Source: Octopus vulgaris (Eukaryota). From it: a DNA stretch of 64,000 nt. The DNA lies in assembly GCA_951406725.2 (NCBI GenBank), contig OX597815.1, forward strand, positions 100,626,001 to 100,690,000, given 5' to 3'. Shown here in pieces: positions 37,701 through 50,104 of this stretch. The notes below the pieces were generated by a model. That model saw only the letters and a list, made by a program, of their open reading frames with translations, was not told the origin of the DNA and ran no database searches. A program made the position numbers and the translations under genes. Position 1 is the stretch's first letter; every line of letters begins with the position of its first letter.

Positions 37701-38287
37701 TTGGTTTGGAGTGACTGACTGAGGTAGCAATGTGTTAGCTACTTCAGAAGTGTCAGCAACAGAAGAAGTTAAAGATGACGATGATACATCAGATTTAGAT
37801 GAAGACATTAAAACAGAAGCTTCTGAACTAGGACAGAACCTTGGTTGAAGTTTTGAAATGGAAGACGATTGTATATTTAATGCAGAAGTTGGAGGTGATG
37901 ATGTTAAGGCAGGTAATGACAAATAATTTGGAACCTGTATATTGTTTAGAGCAAATAAATCTCTCGTCGGTTTGTCTGAAGCAGGAGACAACTGCATTTC
38001 AAGATTTTGTGATGTTGGCAACACAGAGGTCTTGTCAAATGTTGCAGTGGACGGATCTGGTGGATTGATGGCTGAAGCTTGTGGCAGAGTGGCTGTCTTG
38101 TTAACTGATAATGCTGACTGGGTTGTTACTGCCAGTGCTGAACACTGAGATGGTGACAAAGAGTTGTTATCCACAGACAGCCGGCATATTTTCTTAAGTT
38201 CAGGTGTAATACTGGATATATTTGGCATCTTCACTGATTGTTTTGTGGTAGAATGAATAAGCATCTCTGGTGCAGGCTGTGATGCAT
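34762..38287 (-). CDS. ZNF292/RLF/ZNF654-like gene, terminal exon 5' part (Ser/Thr/Pro-rich)
   Basis: Acceptor ctacttccAG|AT at 38288/38287 in phase 1, matching donor AAAG|gtaaga at 43174 (G+AT=Asp). Ser/Thr-rich translation up to ~34762, then Leu/Gln-rich out-of-frame text. Confidence 0.82.
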
Positions 38288-38844
38288 CTGGAAGTAGAGA
38301 ATGGGGACAAAAAATAATTGATTTGGTAGTAAACATGAGTGATGCTAATATAATGGAATACAAAGATAACAAATGGAAGCATTACAAAAGTTATGAAAGA
38401 AACATATTCAGTATAAACTTGTGCTGATGAATGCTATAATGACTACTTTCATACCATCCTACCTGAGATCACTCTTGTTCTTAAATACAAGCTTGCTGTT
38501 TTAAAGTGATCAAAATTACAACCTTGCATCAAAATTCATAATATATGTTCCAAACACCAGCTTAGTAAAGATTAAGTTATTTCACTCAATTTTTTTATTA
38601 TTTTCAGGCAATGTATTTCAACAGAAATATGATAAAAGAGTTAATGCTATGCTTATGCTATGTTGGTACCATGTTAATGCTATGTTGATTCTGTGTTATG
38701 CTGTGTTTGATGCTATGTTAACGATATTTTAGTGATGTACATTATTATCTTGGCTAATGCCAGCACACTAATTATTAACACTAATCCTGCAACTATTTCT
38801 TTGCGAAGTAGAGCAAATATCTTAAACTGATAAGATAGTGATTT

Positions 38845-39430
38845 AATCATCTCAACTCATCTAGGTTGTCCCACAGGACGCCCCTTTTAGGGGTTTTGGT
38901 TGCACATACTATAGGAGTCACAGGACACTGCTCCATGTGGTCCCACAGTTTCCATCTAACTAGGAATATTAGGGTCTCATCCATTGTCTTATATTCAAGA
39001 TCCTCTGTATGACATCCTGCAAGTTCAAAGCCAGCTATCTGATCTGTTAGGTCCTGCTGATAACTAAATCCACGCCCTGCTGTCGACGCTTCGATTTATT
39101 GTTGTCAAGGTTTTGTCTGTCTCCTACCCTTCAACCTGTCTGGCCTGGTAAGACCTGCCTGAAGATTTCTCTCCCTCCAGCACAGCTCTCCGGATCACTG
39201 GAGCACGCAGGCACTTCACTGCGACAAGGTACTTGTTGAATTGACTGTTGACTACACAGTAGTTCTTCCACCCTTTGACGGGTTTTATTTTTCATCCCGC
39301 AGGATGTCCAACAATCGCCCTCCTCACCAAGCAAGCTTGATGGGGTTGCCAGTTTAGTCACCAATAACCCAACCATGCGACAGGTTGTACCAGTAGCTTT
39401 CAAGAGTGACCTGACTAAATGCTGTGGTTC
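38845..39430 (-). mobile_element. Non-autonomous RTE-related element carrying an RTE-type 5' leader
   Basis: The reverse strand contains ccttgtcgcagtgaagtgcctgcgtgctccagtgatccggagagctgtgctgg...ggtcttaccaggccagacaggttgaagggtaggag, resembling 5' UTRs of RTE-clade LINEs as I recall them. It is a GC-rich island in an AT-rich intron. Confidence 0.5.
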
Positions 39431-39649
39431 TTATTGGCTTTTTGGCCTTCTTTTGGTGGAATATAGAATAAACATGGGAAGCAAATTGTGGTTTCAGAAA
39501 CAATTGTTTCTAACACAGGCATCAGGCCTGAAATTGTGTGTTGGTGGGGGTGGTGTTAGTGGATACCCTCAACATCAGTACTTGACTGCAAGGCACGGTC
39601 AAACTTGGTAGGATTTGAAACCAGAATGTAAAGAGCCAGAACCAATACT

Positions 39650-39876
39650 TTAACCCTTTAGTGTTCAGATTATTCTATCAAACATAATGCTTATTGATTC
39701 CCATTAATTTGAATTAATCATGCATTATCTCATATCTTCAAGATCTTGATGGTGTAATTACTTAATGTAGAATAACATTGTAGGGTAGGTGTGAGAGCCT
39801 GGATCTGGTCAGTTTGAACATAAAACAAATTAACTATTTTGGCCGGATATGGCCGGTTTAAATACTAAAGGGTTAA
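39650..39876. mobile_element. piggyBac-type MITE copy nested in a SINE-A remnant
   Basis: TTAA-ccctttagtgtt ... aatactaaaggg-TTAA. SINE sequence continues on both sides (~39500-39649 and 39877-39920). Confidence 0.75.
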
Positions 39877-39929
39877 GGCATTTTGTCTGATGCTCTAATG
39901 ACTTAACCAATCCATTATCCTAATAATAA

Positions 39930-41711
39930 CACCGGGGGACACATATTTTATTGAATGATATCTGACACTTGCTTCTAAGTAATTTGGGTGCACTGAATAT
40001 GAATTTCAACACAGTTTGGCTCTATCAGGTCCTGATTCTTATCAACAGCCTATCAATTTTCTAGATTTTTCAAATTAGGACTAAAAATTTAAGTCATGTA
40101 TTCAAATTTATTTTCAAGTTTCATAAATACAAGCAGTTCAAACTACAGTAAAATTACATTATAACAATAGAAATACTTAAAATAAAAAAATTAAGAGATA
40201 TGAAGCTTTCACTGACAAAACTTTTCTTTTATAAGATTTTCTAGGGTATTTTGCTTGTTGGTGGCAGATCTCTTTTCAAGCACGAACAGTAATCAGCCAT
40301 CATGTGGTAATCTCAGCATCTTTGGTACTATTCCTCCATAATTTTTATATCTTAGTGGAATTTCTCCCCTTGTTTGTCACTTACAGCACCTAAATTACTT
40401 GGAAATTAGTCAAGATGGCTATTCAAAAAATGCATTTTTACATCCATAATGCAACCTAACTCTTTGTAGCCCCTTAAAAAAAATGTTTTTTTATGATTTC
40501 TTCGTAGTTATCTGCCCAATAATTGTCTAAAAATTTTCTATAAAGTCCATGAATGAGAACCAGGTAATTCTTTTGCATTCGTTCATGACATTAGGAAAAT
40601 TAGTCTTTAATTAATGTTCTTATTTATGGACCATTGAAAACTCGTGCCTTGATTTTTTCCTAACTTGGAAATTTTAAAGTTATATATTCGAAACACATGC
40701 TGTTCATATCTAAAGCTTTTACATATTGTTTAACGAGGCCTAGTTTCTTAGGTAGAGGAGAAAATATGGTTTTATCTCTGGTCACTAAAAGTGAATTAAC
40801 TAGGTTTTTTTCTTCTCCAACAGTAAGTGATGTTCATGTTGGCTAGATTTGTTTGAAATAATGTTCTTCCTTGGCTCTGCTGTCCCATAATCAAAGGAAG
40901 CAGGGATCTGCTTGTTGTCGTTGCATAAAATTAACCATTTTTAAGTCAACACATGATCCATTTGTGTTCCCTATATTTAATAAAATCTAAAACCTTTTCT
41001 ATATGTTCATACTTTTCTTTTAATTTTCTTGAATTGCCCAATTTGTATTCAGCCATGTACATTGCCATTATGCAACAACACGCACTTAAGACTTCTTTTT
41101 GAACTGTCTGAAGACAAGCACCAATCATTTGCATAAGAAGACCCAACCCCCATATCACCTGTAACAAATCAAGTATGTTGCAGCAATATACTAAACTATC
41201 CTCTGTTCTAATATATTTAAGAAGTCCTTCTCTTTTCTCTGTAAAATGTAGTGTATGTGTTTGAAGTAAGCAAAATTTTCTCTCTAAGTCTTGAAGCTAA
41301 AATTTCCACAGCCGTTTTTGGCAAATTTAGATCACTTACAAGATCATTCAACTCAGTCTGGCTTAAACTTAAGCAGATCATTTTGACTTTCAAATACACT
41401 GGAGTCAAAATCAGTGTCAGACTTCCGAGAGTGCATACCAATATTTTCTGGAACATCTTCAACTAATTCTTGAGGTGGCAGACTCTTAAATACTGGGATG
41501 GGGATTTCTTTTGAATGTAGCACAGGTCATATTGCAGGGTCGAAATTTGGGTACTTGATACTATATTTATTTTTCTTAGTGAAGCCCAAGCAAAATCAGG
41601 ACCTAATAGAGCAAAACCAAGTAAAAATTTGTGCTCAACACACCCAAATTACCTAGAACTAATTGTCAAATCTAATTCAATAGACAAAAAATTGAAATTT
41701 GTTCCCCAGTT
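39930..41711 (-). mobile_element. Chapaev3-type DNA transposon, internally deleted, with a pseudogenised transposase
   Basis: Ends CACCGGGGGACAC / GTTCCCCAGTT, both flanked by TAA (3-bp TSD). Sub-terminal inverted repeats ~39972-40038 and ~41592-41660. Transposase remnants ELNDLVSDLNLPK..EILASRL, IKYREHKWIMCVDLKMV, LGLVKQYVKAL, HFLNSHLD.FPSNLGAVSDKQGEKFH and MMADYC. Confidence 0.8.
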
Positions 41712-42599
41712 TAAGAGGTGAATGTTTGTCATAGCAGTTGTTAGTTGAAATGGTGAGTGATAGAGTAGATGGTTAAGACGCAATATCAACTGATGCTTCA
41801 ATGTGACAAATGACTGTAAATGATAGCAACTTGTATATAACATACACACACAACTACATTAACAAGATTCTTGTTAGCCCTTGATCATTTGTGATCAAAC
41901 ATACATATAATCAAAGAAATTTCAACTGCAGTCATCCATCTTTTATCCAAGCTACATTATCCAATTTGTCTTATTTTTAAGGTGATATGGACTGAGTGTG
42001 AAATTTGGCTGCTATTTCTTGTAGACTGAGTGTCCTCATAGAAGTTTCTGCTGAAATGTTACAAATAACTGTGGATTTCTAGTAGAGAAAATATCTAAAA
42101 CATTTAAAGACAATTATGACATAGATATTTCCGAATCTGTTTTGTGAAAACAAATGAAGGAGGTGTTAGAGTAGAAGTTGTTAATAAAGACATTGAGGTA
42201 GGCAACATTATTTAGCCTTAAGGCAATTGGATCATATAAACCTATGATTAAAGGGTTTCCAACTGCAAACATTCTACCTTTTTTTTCTTTTACAAGATAT
42301 AGTTCTACATTATCCACTGTAATCTTTACCTTTGAGGACAGAAACTTAAGAGTTGAGGGAGATTTTGTTGCTATTTCTAGCCAGTCAAACTGCATAGTGG
42401 CTCCCTTGTCTCAAGGATATAACCCCAAGACAGCTCTGACTGAGAAAATCTATGATCAAAAACATTAGCTTAAATTACAGTGATTTTTTTTTTAAGATGG
42501 CAGAGGTGTGATTCAAGGAAATCTTATTTCTAGCATGGTAAACGATAACAAAGAAGTTCCCAAATATCATAGAAATAATAGTAGTTAGAAAAAGGCATT

Positions 42600-42950
42600 A
42601 ATAATGGTTTCACATTTTGGCACAAGGTCATCAGTTTCAGGGAAAGGGGTAAGTCAATAACATAAACCCTAGTGAAAAACTGGTACTTATTTTATTGACA
42701 CTGAAAGGTCAATAAAATAAGAAACTCTGCCAGATCAGATTGGAGCCTGGTGCAGCCATCTGGTTCGCCAGTCCTCAGTCAAATTGTCCAACCCATGCTA
42801 GCATGGAAAGCGGACATTAAACAATGATGATGAAAGGATGAAAGGCAAAGTTGACCATGGTAAAATTTGAACTCAGAACATAAAGACAGATGAAATGCTG
42901 CTAAGCATTTTGCCCAGCTTGCTAACAATTCTGCCAGTTTGCCACCTTAG
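42600..42950 (-). mobile_element. SINE family A copy with a nested RTE-tail fragment (~42720-42832)
   Basis: ggcacaagg...ctggtactt...gaaagg, then gaaactctgccagatcaga...atgatgatga, then aaggatgaaaggcaaag...ctgccagtttgccacctta. Confidence 0.7.
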
Positions 42951-43173
42951 TAAATATATTAATAATGGGAAAAGAAGTGAAGGAGCAAGTGTTGAAATGG
43001 TGTGGTGGGGAGTTGAAACAACAAAAGTACAAGTGAAACAAGGAGTGGTAATAGAAAGCATAGTAGAAAGAGAAACGTTTTGCTGAGGTCAAAAAGAGAT
43101 TGATATTTGCTTGAACTGGCTTTTCTTCTAGTACTAGAAAAGTATATAAGTGATTTATGACACATCATCTTAC

Positions 43174-46100
43174 CTTTTACTGGCAGTTCTTGACTTCTCT
43201 CAACAGATTTCAATTTTATGTTATCCAAACTGCCTGCTTTCACAGCTTCTGCAGATGATGTATTGGTTACTTTGAGACAGTCTCCTGACTCACTGGTAAT
43301 TACAGGCAAACAAGATTTGACTACATTGTTTGTGATGGGTTCTGTACTAGCTGGGTTTTTGTTGCTATCAGTTAAAGTAGATGATGTACTATCTCCTGAC
43401 TCAGAAGAAACTGTTGACAAACAGGCTTTGGTTACATTGTTTGTGGATGGGTCTGTACTAGCTGGTTTTACACTGCCTTCAATTAAAGTAGACAATGCAT
43501 TATCACCAGAATTGCCACTATTTACATCAAGCATCAGTTTATCTGGTTTACTCTGGCTTGTATCTGACAATAGTGGTAATTCCTGGTCTTCTTTAGCTAC
43601 AACAGATTTATCATTTGCTGTTATAGGAGTTTTACACAACGTTACATCTTCAATGAAAGATGCAGCTGTTTTCTGAACAGTTTCATCTATTGAAGCTGTA
43701 TTTGTAGAAATTTCATACATATCTTTGGCAGTAATATTTTGTGACAATCGTGATTTACAAGGTTCTGGCAACAACTGAGCAGCCGTCTCTTTAGATGTCT
43801 CCATCACTGATTTCTTGTTAACATAAGACACACTATCAATATTTCCTAGAACTTGATCGTTCATGCCAACAATACTTTGCAGAAGATTGTGCATAACATG
43901 CAGAATATCTTGTTTAGTTTTATTATCAACATCACAGCTGGCTGACATGAAATTTGATATAGTGCTTTGAGAAATATTACTTAGGCTTGCGTTTCGATTA
44001 AACTTTCTTTTGGATGGTTTTCTTCGTTTTCTTTTAAGAAAGGACCCAATTTCTTCCTCTGGTGGTGGCCATACAAGTTTTAACTGTGTCTTTTTTTGGG
44101 CTCCCTTGCCACTAACAACTGCAGTTTTCTCTTCTTGACATGTTTCCTTAACCCACCGGCAGTTCAGCTCTTTAAGAATGTGAGTCGCATGGTTGGGAAT
44201 GTGATTGATATATTTAAACCAAACTCGAAAAGCAATCTGACAATATACACAAGTAAATATCACTATAGGCTTGCTCAATTCAGAGACAGTTTCCTTAGTG
44301 TATGGTTGGAGATGAGTAATGGCAAGGTGCTTTACAAAATTTGAACGGTTGCGAAAATGGAAATCACATTTTCGGCAATATGGTGATAAAATACGCATCT
44401 TTCTACTTGGGGACATCGTCATTGTGCCATCACCAACAAGTAGCAATTCATCTTCACTCACAACACTCTTTGTCTCAATGGTTTCAATGACTTTATTAAC
44501 AACAGGGGGAGAATCTTGCAAAGGTTTATCTGGTTTGACTGGTTTCCTTGGTAAGAACTGATTTTCCATTTCTGACTTAATTTGAAGCATTGTTCTCTTA
44601 ATACATTCATCATTGTTCATGTTGGATCTATTAGAGCAAGTTGCTGGTTGATCTGTTTTCACAGCTTTACTTTCTACTTCCTGGTGGGCCATTGAGGAAT
44701 TCTGCACAGAACTATTTGGTTGATTAGGAATTTCTTCTTCACTGCAAACTGAACGGGAGTTATTTTTGTCAGTGATTTCAGTTGGTTCAATTTTTATTTG
44801 AGCATCTGATAAGCTCAATTGTTGGGAGACTTTACGTAACTTGATGATACGTTCACAATCAGGACAATGTTTAGGTTTTTCAGGCTGGGGCAAGTTTGCT
44901 GTAGCAGAAGGTGCGTCTTCTACTTTGCTGGTACCTGTAACAGTTGTCTGGTTCACTTTGGTTGTATTCACTGTAGTAAGATTATTTTGTGGATGAGATG
45001 TAGACCCTTCTGTCGCTTGTGAATCAGGTGTCACAACTTCTGTTTTTATATTGACTAAAGGTTTCACTATATTTGCTTTTTTAATACGTCTTCTGATGTC
45101 ATTCCTTTTCTTACAAGCTTCCTGGTGAAGTCTAAGTCGATGTGGGCCAAGCAGCAGACGACTGCAGATCTGACATTTGAAATATTCTTCACTTGTTTGT
45201 TTAACTTTGGGTTTTTTATCCTCTTTGTTTTCAGGATCAACCTCCAGTTGTTCCTCTTTACATTTGAAGACAGTGTTCGTTGTGGTTGTCTCCATGGTGG
45301 CGTTTATAACTGGAGATGTTGTCACATCACTTGAAGAGCCTTCTTTGCTGACTGGAGTCTTCATTGAACGCTCCTCAGTAGGGCAAATGGATGGCTTTGA
45401 GACATTGATTGTTTCAGTTCCAGGAACAGAAGGAACCACTTCTTGCTGCTTTTTAGGCACTTCTTTTTCAGGTGCTTTTGTTTTGGGATCCTCTAAAGTC
45501 AATGAGGGTTTTTTCTGTATTTGGCTTTTCTCTGCCAAGGAAGAGGTATTAGTTGATTTGGAAGTTTTCTTTACTAGGGGTACGCCACACAGTCTCAAAT
45601 GGTCATCCATTTCCTTACGAGTGCATGTGTATTGCAAACACTTAAGGCATTTAAAGAATTTAATTTTGCTGAGAGCAGAATCTTTTGCACAGAATATTGT
45701 AGCTGCTTCAGTTAGATTCTGCAGATCTGACACAGAAGCTTTACAAATAGATTGAATATGATTTTTCAGTTCAGAAACCTGGTCAAAAAAGTCACAACAA
45801 ATTCCACAGCGATACACCACAACATAATTCTTTCTTCGCCTTGAACTTGGTTTACTGTTCTGTTGTGTGAGTAAAGCCATTTCAAATTGGCTAACAGATT
45901 TCAGAAACTGACAATAACGGTCAATGTAAGATTTTTCTATTTTAGAAAGGAAAAACTTTTCAGTAGAGCAACCTGCATTATTTCCAGTAAGTGATGATAT
46001 GCAAGACTGAAGTTTTTCAAGTAATCGATCACTAGTAGGAATTTCTGAACTTACTTGATCCTCATTAATACCACTAGAAACATATAAACTTTTTGATGGA

Positions 46101-47677
46101 GTATCTTTGCCATCTTTGATTTCAGATGTTTGTTGAAGGTTTTTATCACATTTTGCAGACTTGTCTGATTTTTTCCCTGACTTAGTTTTAGTTTTACATA
46201 CGCACTTGCAGGGTGCAGTAACATTTACATTACCATCAGAAATGGAAGGTAATGATTTGTTACAATAGCAATGACTATCCTTCGTTCGAGCTTTATGCAG
46301 CTTATCAGAAGCATGTTGTGTTTGCATCAGTGAAGAAGAAGAAGATGAATTGTCACCAATGTTGGAAAAATCAATCTGGCTCTCAAAAGAGAGGCATGTA
46401 TGAACACTGCCAGATCTATCACAACTGCATGTGCCTAAAGTTGATGCACCACAATTAGGGAAGCCATTACCACTGCAGTGACTCACCTGTTGGTTTTTAA
46501 TGTCTCTTTCACAAGCATTTTGAATCTTGGAGGCCTCTGACATTGAATGCCGATGATCCCTTGACTGAATGCTATAGGGCTGTGTCGACAAATCTTTGTT
46601 AAAAGCCTCAAAGAGGTTTCTATTAGAGATACTATTTGGATACGTTTGATTCAAATGACAGCTATTTTTAGGGAGATTTTGTTTGCAATTACAAACCTCT
46701 TCAGTTACCTGGCAGCTTTTGGGAAGGCCACAAGCACACTTAGCTTCTGGTTTTGTTCCAACTTGATGCCCTCCTACTGAACCCTCCTCTGGTTCAGTGC
46801 AATTTTCTTGAGATGTTACTGTAGCGGCTGTTGTTGCTGAAGCTGCTGTTGTTACTGAAGCTGTTGCTGTATGTGGTTGTGAAGGAGGTGATGAAAAAAT
46901 TACATTAGAGTTTACATTTTCTTGAGAACATTGTTCAGTAAAGGCAGCCATTTCATTATTCTGAACTGCTGCTTCAGAGAGGGGCTGCTCTTCATCAAAG
47001 TTAGAAAATTCACTACATTCATCAGTGCTTTCTTCATGAAGAACCATTAACATTTCTTGATGTTGTGTCAGATGTTCCATACACATGGCATGCAAATCAC
47101 TAAATGACATTTCTATATCCAGGTGAAACGGACATATATTATTGAGCAGTCGTTCTATTTCATATAGATTGGCTGGATTCACAGACAAATTGCAGTATTC
47201 CACATTGTCAACAGTACGATGGGACATAGAGTGCCGGTTGCGTTGTGTCCGTTGTTTCTCTTTGGATTTTTTCACCTCTTTCGTTGGACTTACATGCAAG
47301 CCATCAAGCATGTTAGTAAGTTTGTTGACATACTTATTAGGGCTGCTACCATCAATATCGTTGTGATGGCTGCTACTGCCACCCAACGAAGATGAATTAG
47401 AGTTATTATTATTAGAATGGAATATTGAGTAGACAATCTCAAAATTTTCTTCACTAGGATCAAGAGCAAAAGCTGTGAGTCCTGACAGTTTAGCAAGTTT
47501 TTGACTGAGACCATCATAAAGATTCATGATCATTTGGCTGGTTTTGGAAAGTGCTACATTTCGGCAAAGAATCAACTCCATATCTTTATCTGCAACAGCT
47601 TGTTCTAAACAACCTTTGTCCAAATTGAAAGCATAGATACATAAATTGGTGTTCAATTGCAGAAATGTATCTCCAGC
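43174..47677 (-). CDS. ZNF292/RLF/ZNF654-like gene, 4.5-kb exon: end of the N-terminal domain plus five C2H2/C2HC zinc fingers
   Basis: Acceptor attccAG|GCT, donor AAAG|gtaaga. Fingers CGICCDFFDQVSELKNHIQSIC, CLKCLQYTCTRKEMDDHLRLC, CQICSRLLLGPHRLRLHQEAC, CRKCDFHFRNRSNFVKHLAITH and CVYCQIAFRVWFKYINHIPNH. LCIYAFNLD...LTAFALDPSEENF resembles ZNF292 LCVKALRLE...LSEFLIEPT. Confidence 0.88.
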
Positions 47678-47814
47678 CTGGAATACAGAATAAAAATGTA
47701 ATGTTAAGTAGGAAATATGAAATAATTGTAATAATAAAATTTATGAGAAAAATAAAGGAATGAAAAGAGAATGAGAGAGGGTGAGAGAAAGAAAAACAGA
47801 TTAGTGGTAATCGC

Positions 47815-48210
47815 AGACATGGTTGTGTGCAAAGAAGTTTGCTTCCCAGCTACAGGGTTCAGGTTCAGTCCCACAGCATGGCATCTTGAGCAAGTGTCTT
47901 CTACTATAGCCTTGGGCTGACCAAATACTTGTGAGTGGATTTGGTAGACAGAAACTGAAAGAAATCTGTGTGTTAGTGTGTATGTTTATGTCTTGTCTTG
48001 AAACTATGTAATATTTGTAAAACAATTATCACTGTCATTCATTTCCAGTATTCTGCAAGAACATGTCTCGTCATGGGGGAAATATTACCTTGCTGGAAAA
48101 CAGGCGAGGGTTGGTGACATGAAGGGCATCCAACAGTAGAGAATCTTCCATAATAATCTCCATACGACTGATGCAAGCATGAAAAAGTGGACATTAAAAT
48201 GATGATGAAA
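47815..48210 (+). mobile_element. tRNA-derived SINE family B, near full length with (GAT)n tail
   Basis: ggttgtgtg...aagtttgcttccca...ggttcagtcccac...cttgagcaagtgtcttctactatagcc...gaagggcatcc...aaaatgatgatga. Confidence 0.7.
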
Positions 48211-48247
48211 GGAGTACATATAAATAAATAATCCAAGAGAAAAATAC

Positions 48248-48388
48248 CTCTTCTCGTAGAGACTCCACAAGGAATGTTATTTGTTCAGTGTGTTGTGATA
48301 GTTTGGCAATGGCCCAAACACTGTCAGAAAACTTGTCCAAATCACCGTCGACCAAGTATTGGAGTCGTATCCACAATTTCAATAATGT
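48248..48388 (-). CDS. ZNF292-like coding exon
   Basis: tttctAG|ACA...GAG|gtattt; 141 nt; TLLKLWIRLQYLVDGDLDKFSDSVWAIAKLSQHTEQITFLVESLREE, comparable to ZNF292 ELTLFWSKLQQRVEPS...HIFFLIKVINSE. Confidence 0.85.
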
Positions 48389-49019
48389 CTAGAAATGGAA
48401 GTAGATTAGAACAATCATAAATATTTAAATATTAAAAGAATTAACAGCAGACATCAGCAAAGGAAAAAAGAATGGAAAAAAAAAGAGAAATAGGAAGAAG
48501 AAATTGATTTGAGGTAAAATGAAAAACAAAAATATCAAATTGTGGTTGTTTAATCCTACCAAGTCAGCCTTACTGAGCAAACTTATTGATGAAAGGCTTT
48601 CTAACTGAATATCCCATCTTTTTTTGAAAATAGTACTCTGTACAATCACTGTGCAGAAGGTACTCTTCCTTCTGTGCTAATGACATGATGCAAACTATCA
48701 CTTTTCTGATTGTGCCTCCTCTACAGTTAAAGGTAGGCAAGACAAACTCTCAAGTTTTGGTTCCACAAAAAATGCACTCAGTACCTACTAAAGTGGTTGA
48801 AAAATGAGCAGAGGAAGTGTAGAATTGTGAAGTCCTTGAGTCCTGTCTTATCAACAACTATTCAGCATCTCTAGTGTTGGTGCCACAAGAAAATGCATCC
48901 AACCATAGAAACCAAGCCAGTGTATGGGAGCAGTGTCTGTGATGGTGCGATCTGAGCAAAATTTCATTGTTATTTCTAGCAGGTAAAGTAACTAGGTAGA
49001 GGTTCCTTTGTTGGCTTGT

Positions 49020-50104
49020 AAGAAATCAAGTTGTTGAGCATTTTATGAATGCATAGAGATCCACTGACATGGATGAAAGTGAGTGGATGAACTAACTTGC
49101 ATGGACAGACAAGTCACAATGTATTGCAAAAGTCGGTGTAAGACTGTGTTAACAGAAAATGTGAGCTAAGTGGGTACTTCAGCAGTTGACACCAGATTTG
49201 AATGAGAGAAAGGTAAAAGTCTATTCTGGTCTGCTGGAAGCATTTGGAAACACTTCTTTAGTCTGAAGCTCAATCCATGGAATAGTGTCACACTTCTCCA
49301 AGATCGAAGAAATTCAAGAGCCAGTGACTGGCCAAAGAAAGTCATGATGGTTATTTTGGAGGATGATAAAGGTTCGTTCTCTTTGATTTTCTTAGTAAAC
49401 TAAATTGAATTTAGTTCGCTGTTACAGCTCAGATCTGATGCCCTCCAGTAGAATTGTGAAGTCTTTGAGTCCTGTCTTATCAACAACTATTCAGCATCTC
49501 TAGTGTTGGTGCCACAAGAAAATGCATCCAACCATCACTTTTCTGTGTTTGTGGCTGAGGAGGTAAATAGAGAGATAACAATGGCAAAGGGTGAGTGAAA
49601 AAAAGGTGAGTAAGAGTATGGTGGTGGAAACAGATTGATTAGGACAGTAAAAGGAGTGACAGTGTAATAGAGAGTAAAACGTATCTGGTCTGGGTTTGAC
49701 TAGGGAGAAGAATTGTAAAGTTGTGGAGTTCTTTTCTTTTCCTGAAAGGAAGATTAGTAAATTAAAATAGTTCAACAGAGAATTGAAACCATGTTGTGAG
49801 CTCATGGCACTAACCTCTTTTCAACATTGTTCATTGCTCCATCTTACAATTTTTGGTCCAATAAAGGACAGCCTTAATGGACAAGGTAATGACAAAGATA
49901 AAGTGAAAGTGACTGTGAAGAATCCACACCTGAATTTTTACAAAGAGGAATCAAAGGTTGGATTCAACAATGGTGTAAATGATTTGATTGTGGTGGAGAC
50001 TATGTTGAGTAATTCCTTTGTATGACCAACATGTTTAATTTGAACAATCTACGTCAGTTAAAAAGTCATGCTCACTTCTGTATTACTTTCAGTATAACCT
50101 TCAT
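49020..50104 (+). mobile_element. Mariner transposase remnant interrupted by duplicated DNA
   Basis: SPRSKKFKSQ..KKVMMVI..DDKG...DFL at ~49295-49395; FGPIKDSLNG...FYK...GDYVE* at ~49850-50012; TIR-like ttactttcagtataaccttcata ending at 50104. Confidence 0.65.

Noticed and set aside
24757-38372. Independent secreted mucin gene (the track ORF begins with hydrophobic MLSLYSIILASLMF)
   Set aside because: That segment lies upstream of a good phase-matched splice acceptor at 38288, i.e. in the intron, and the C-terminus has AT-hook and NLS-like features.
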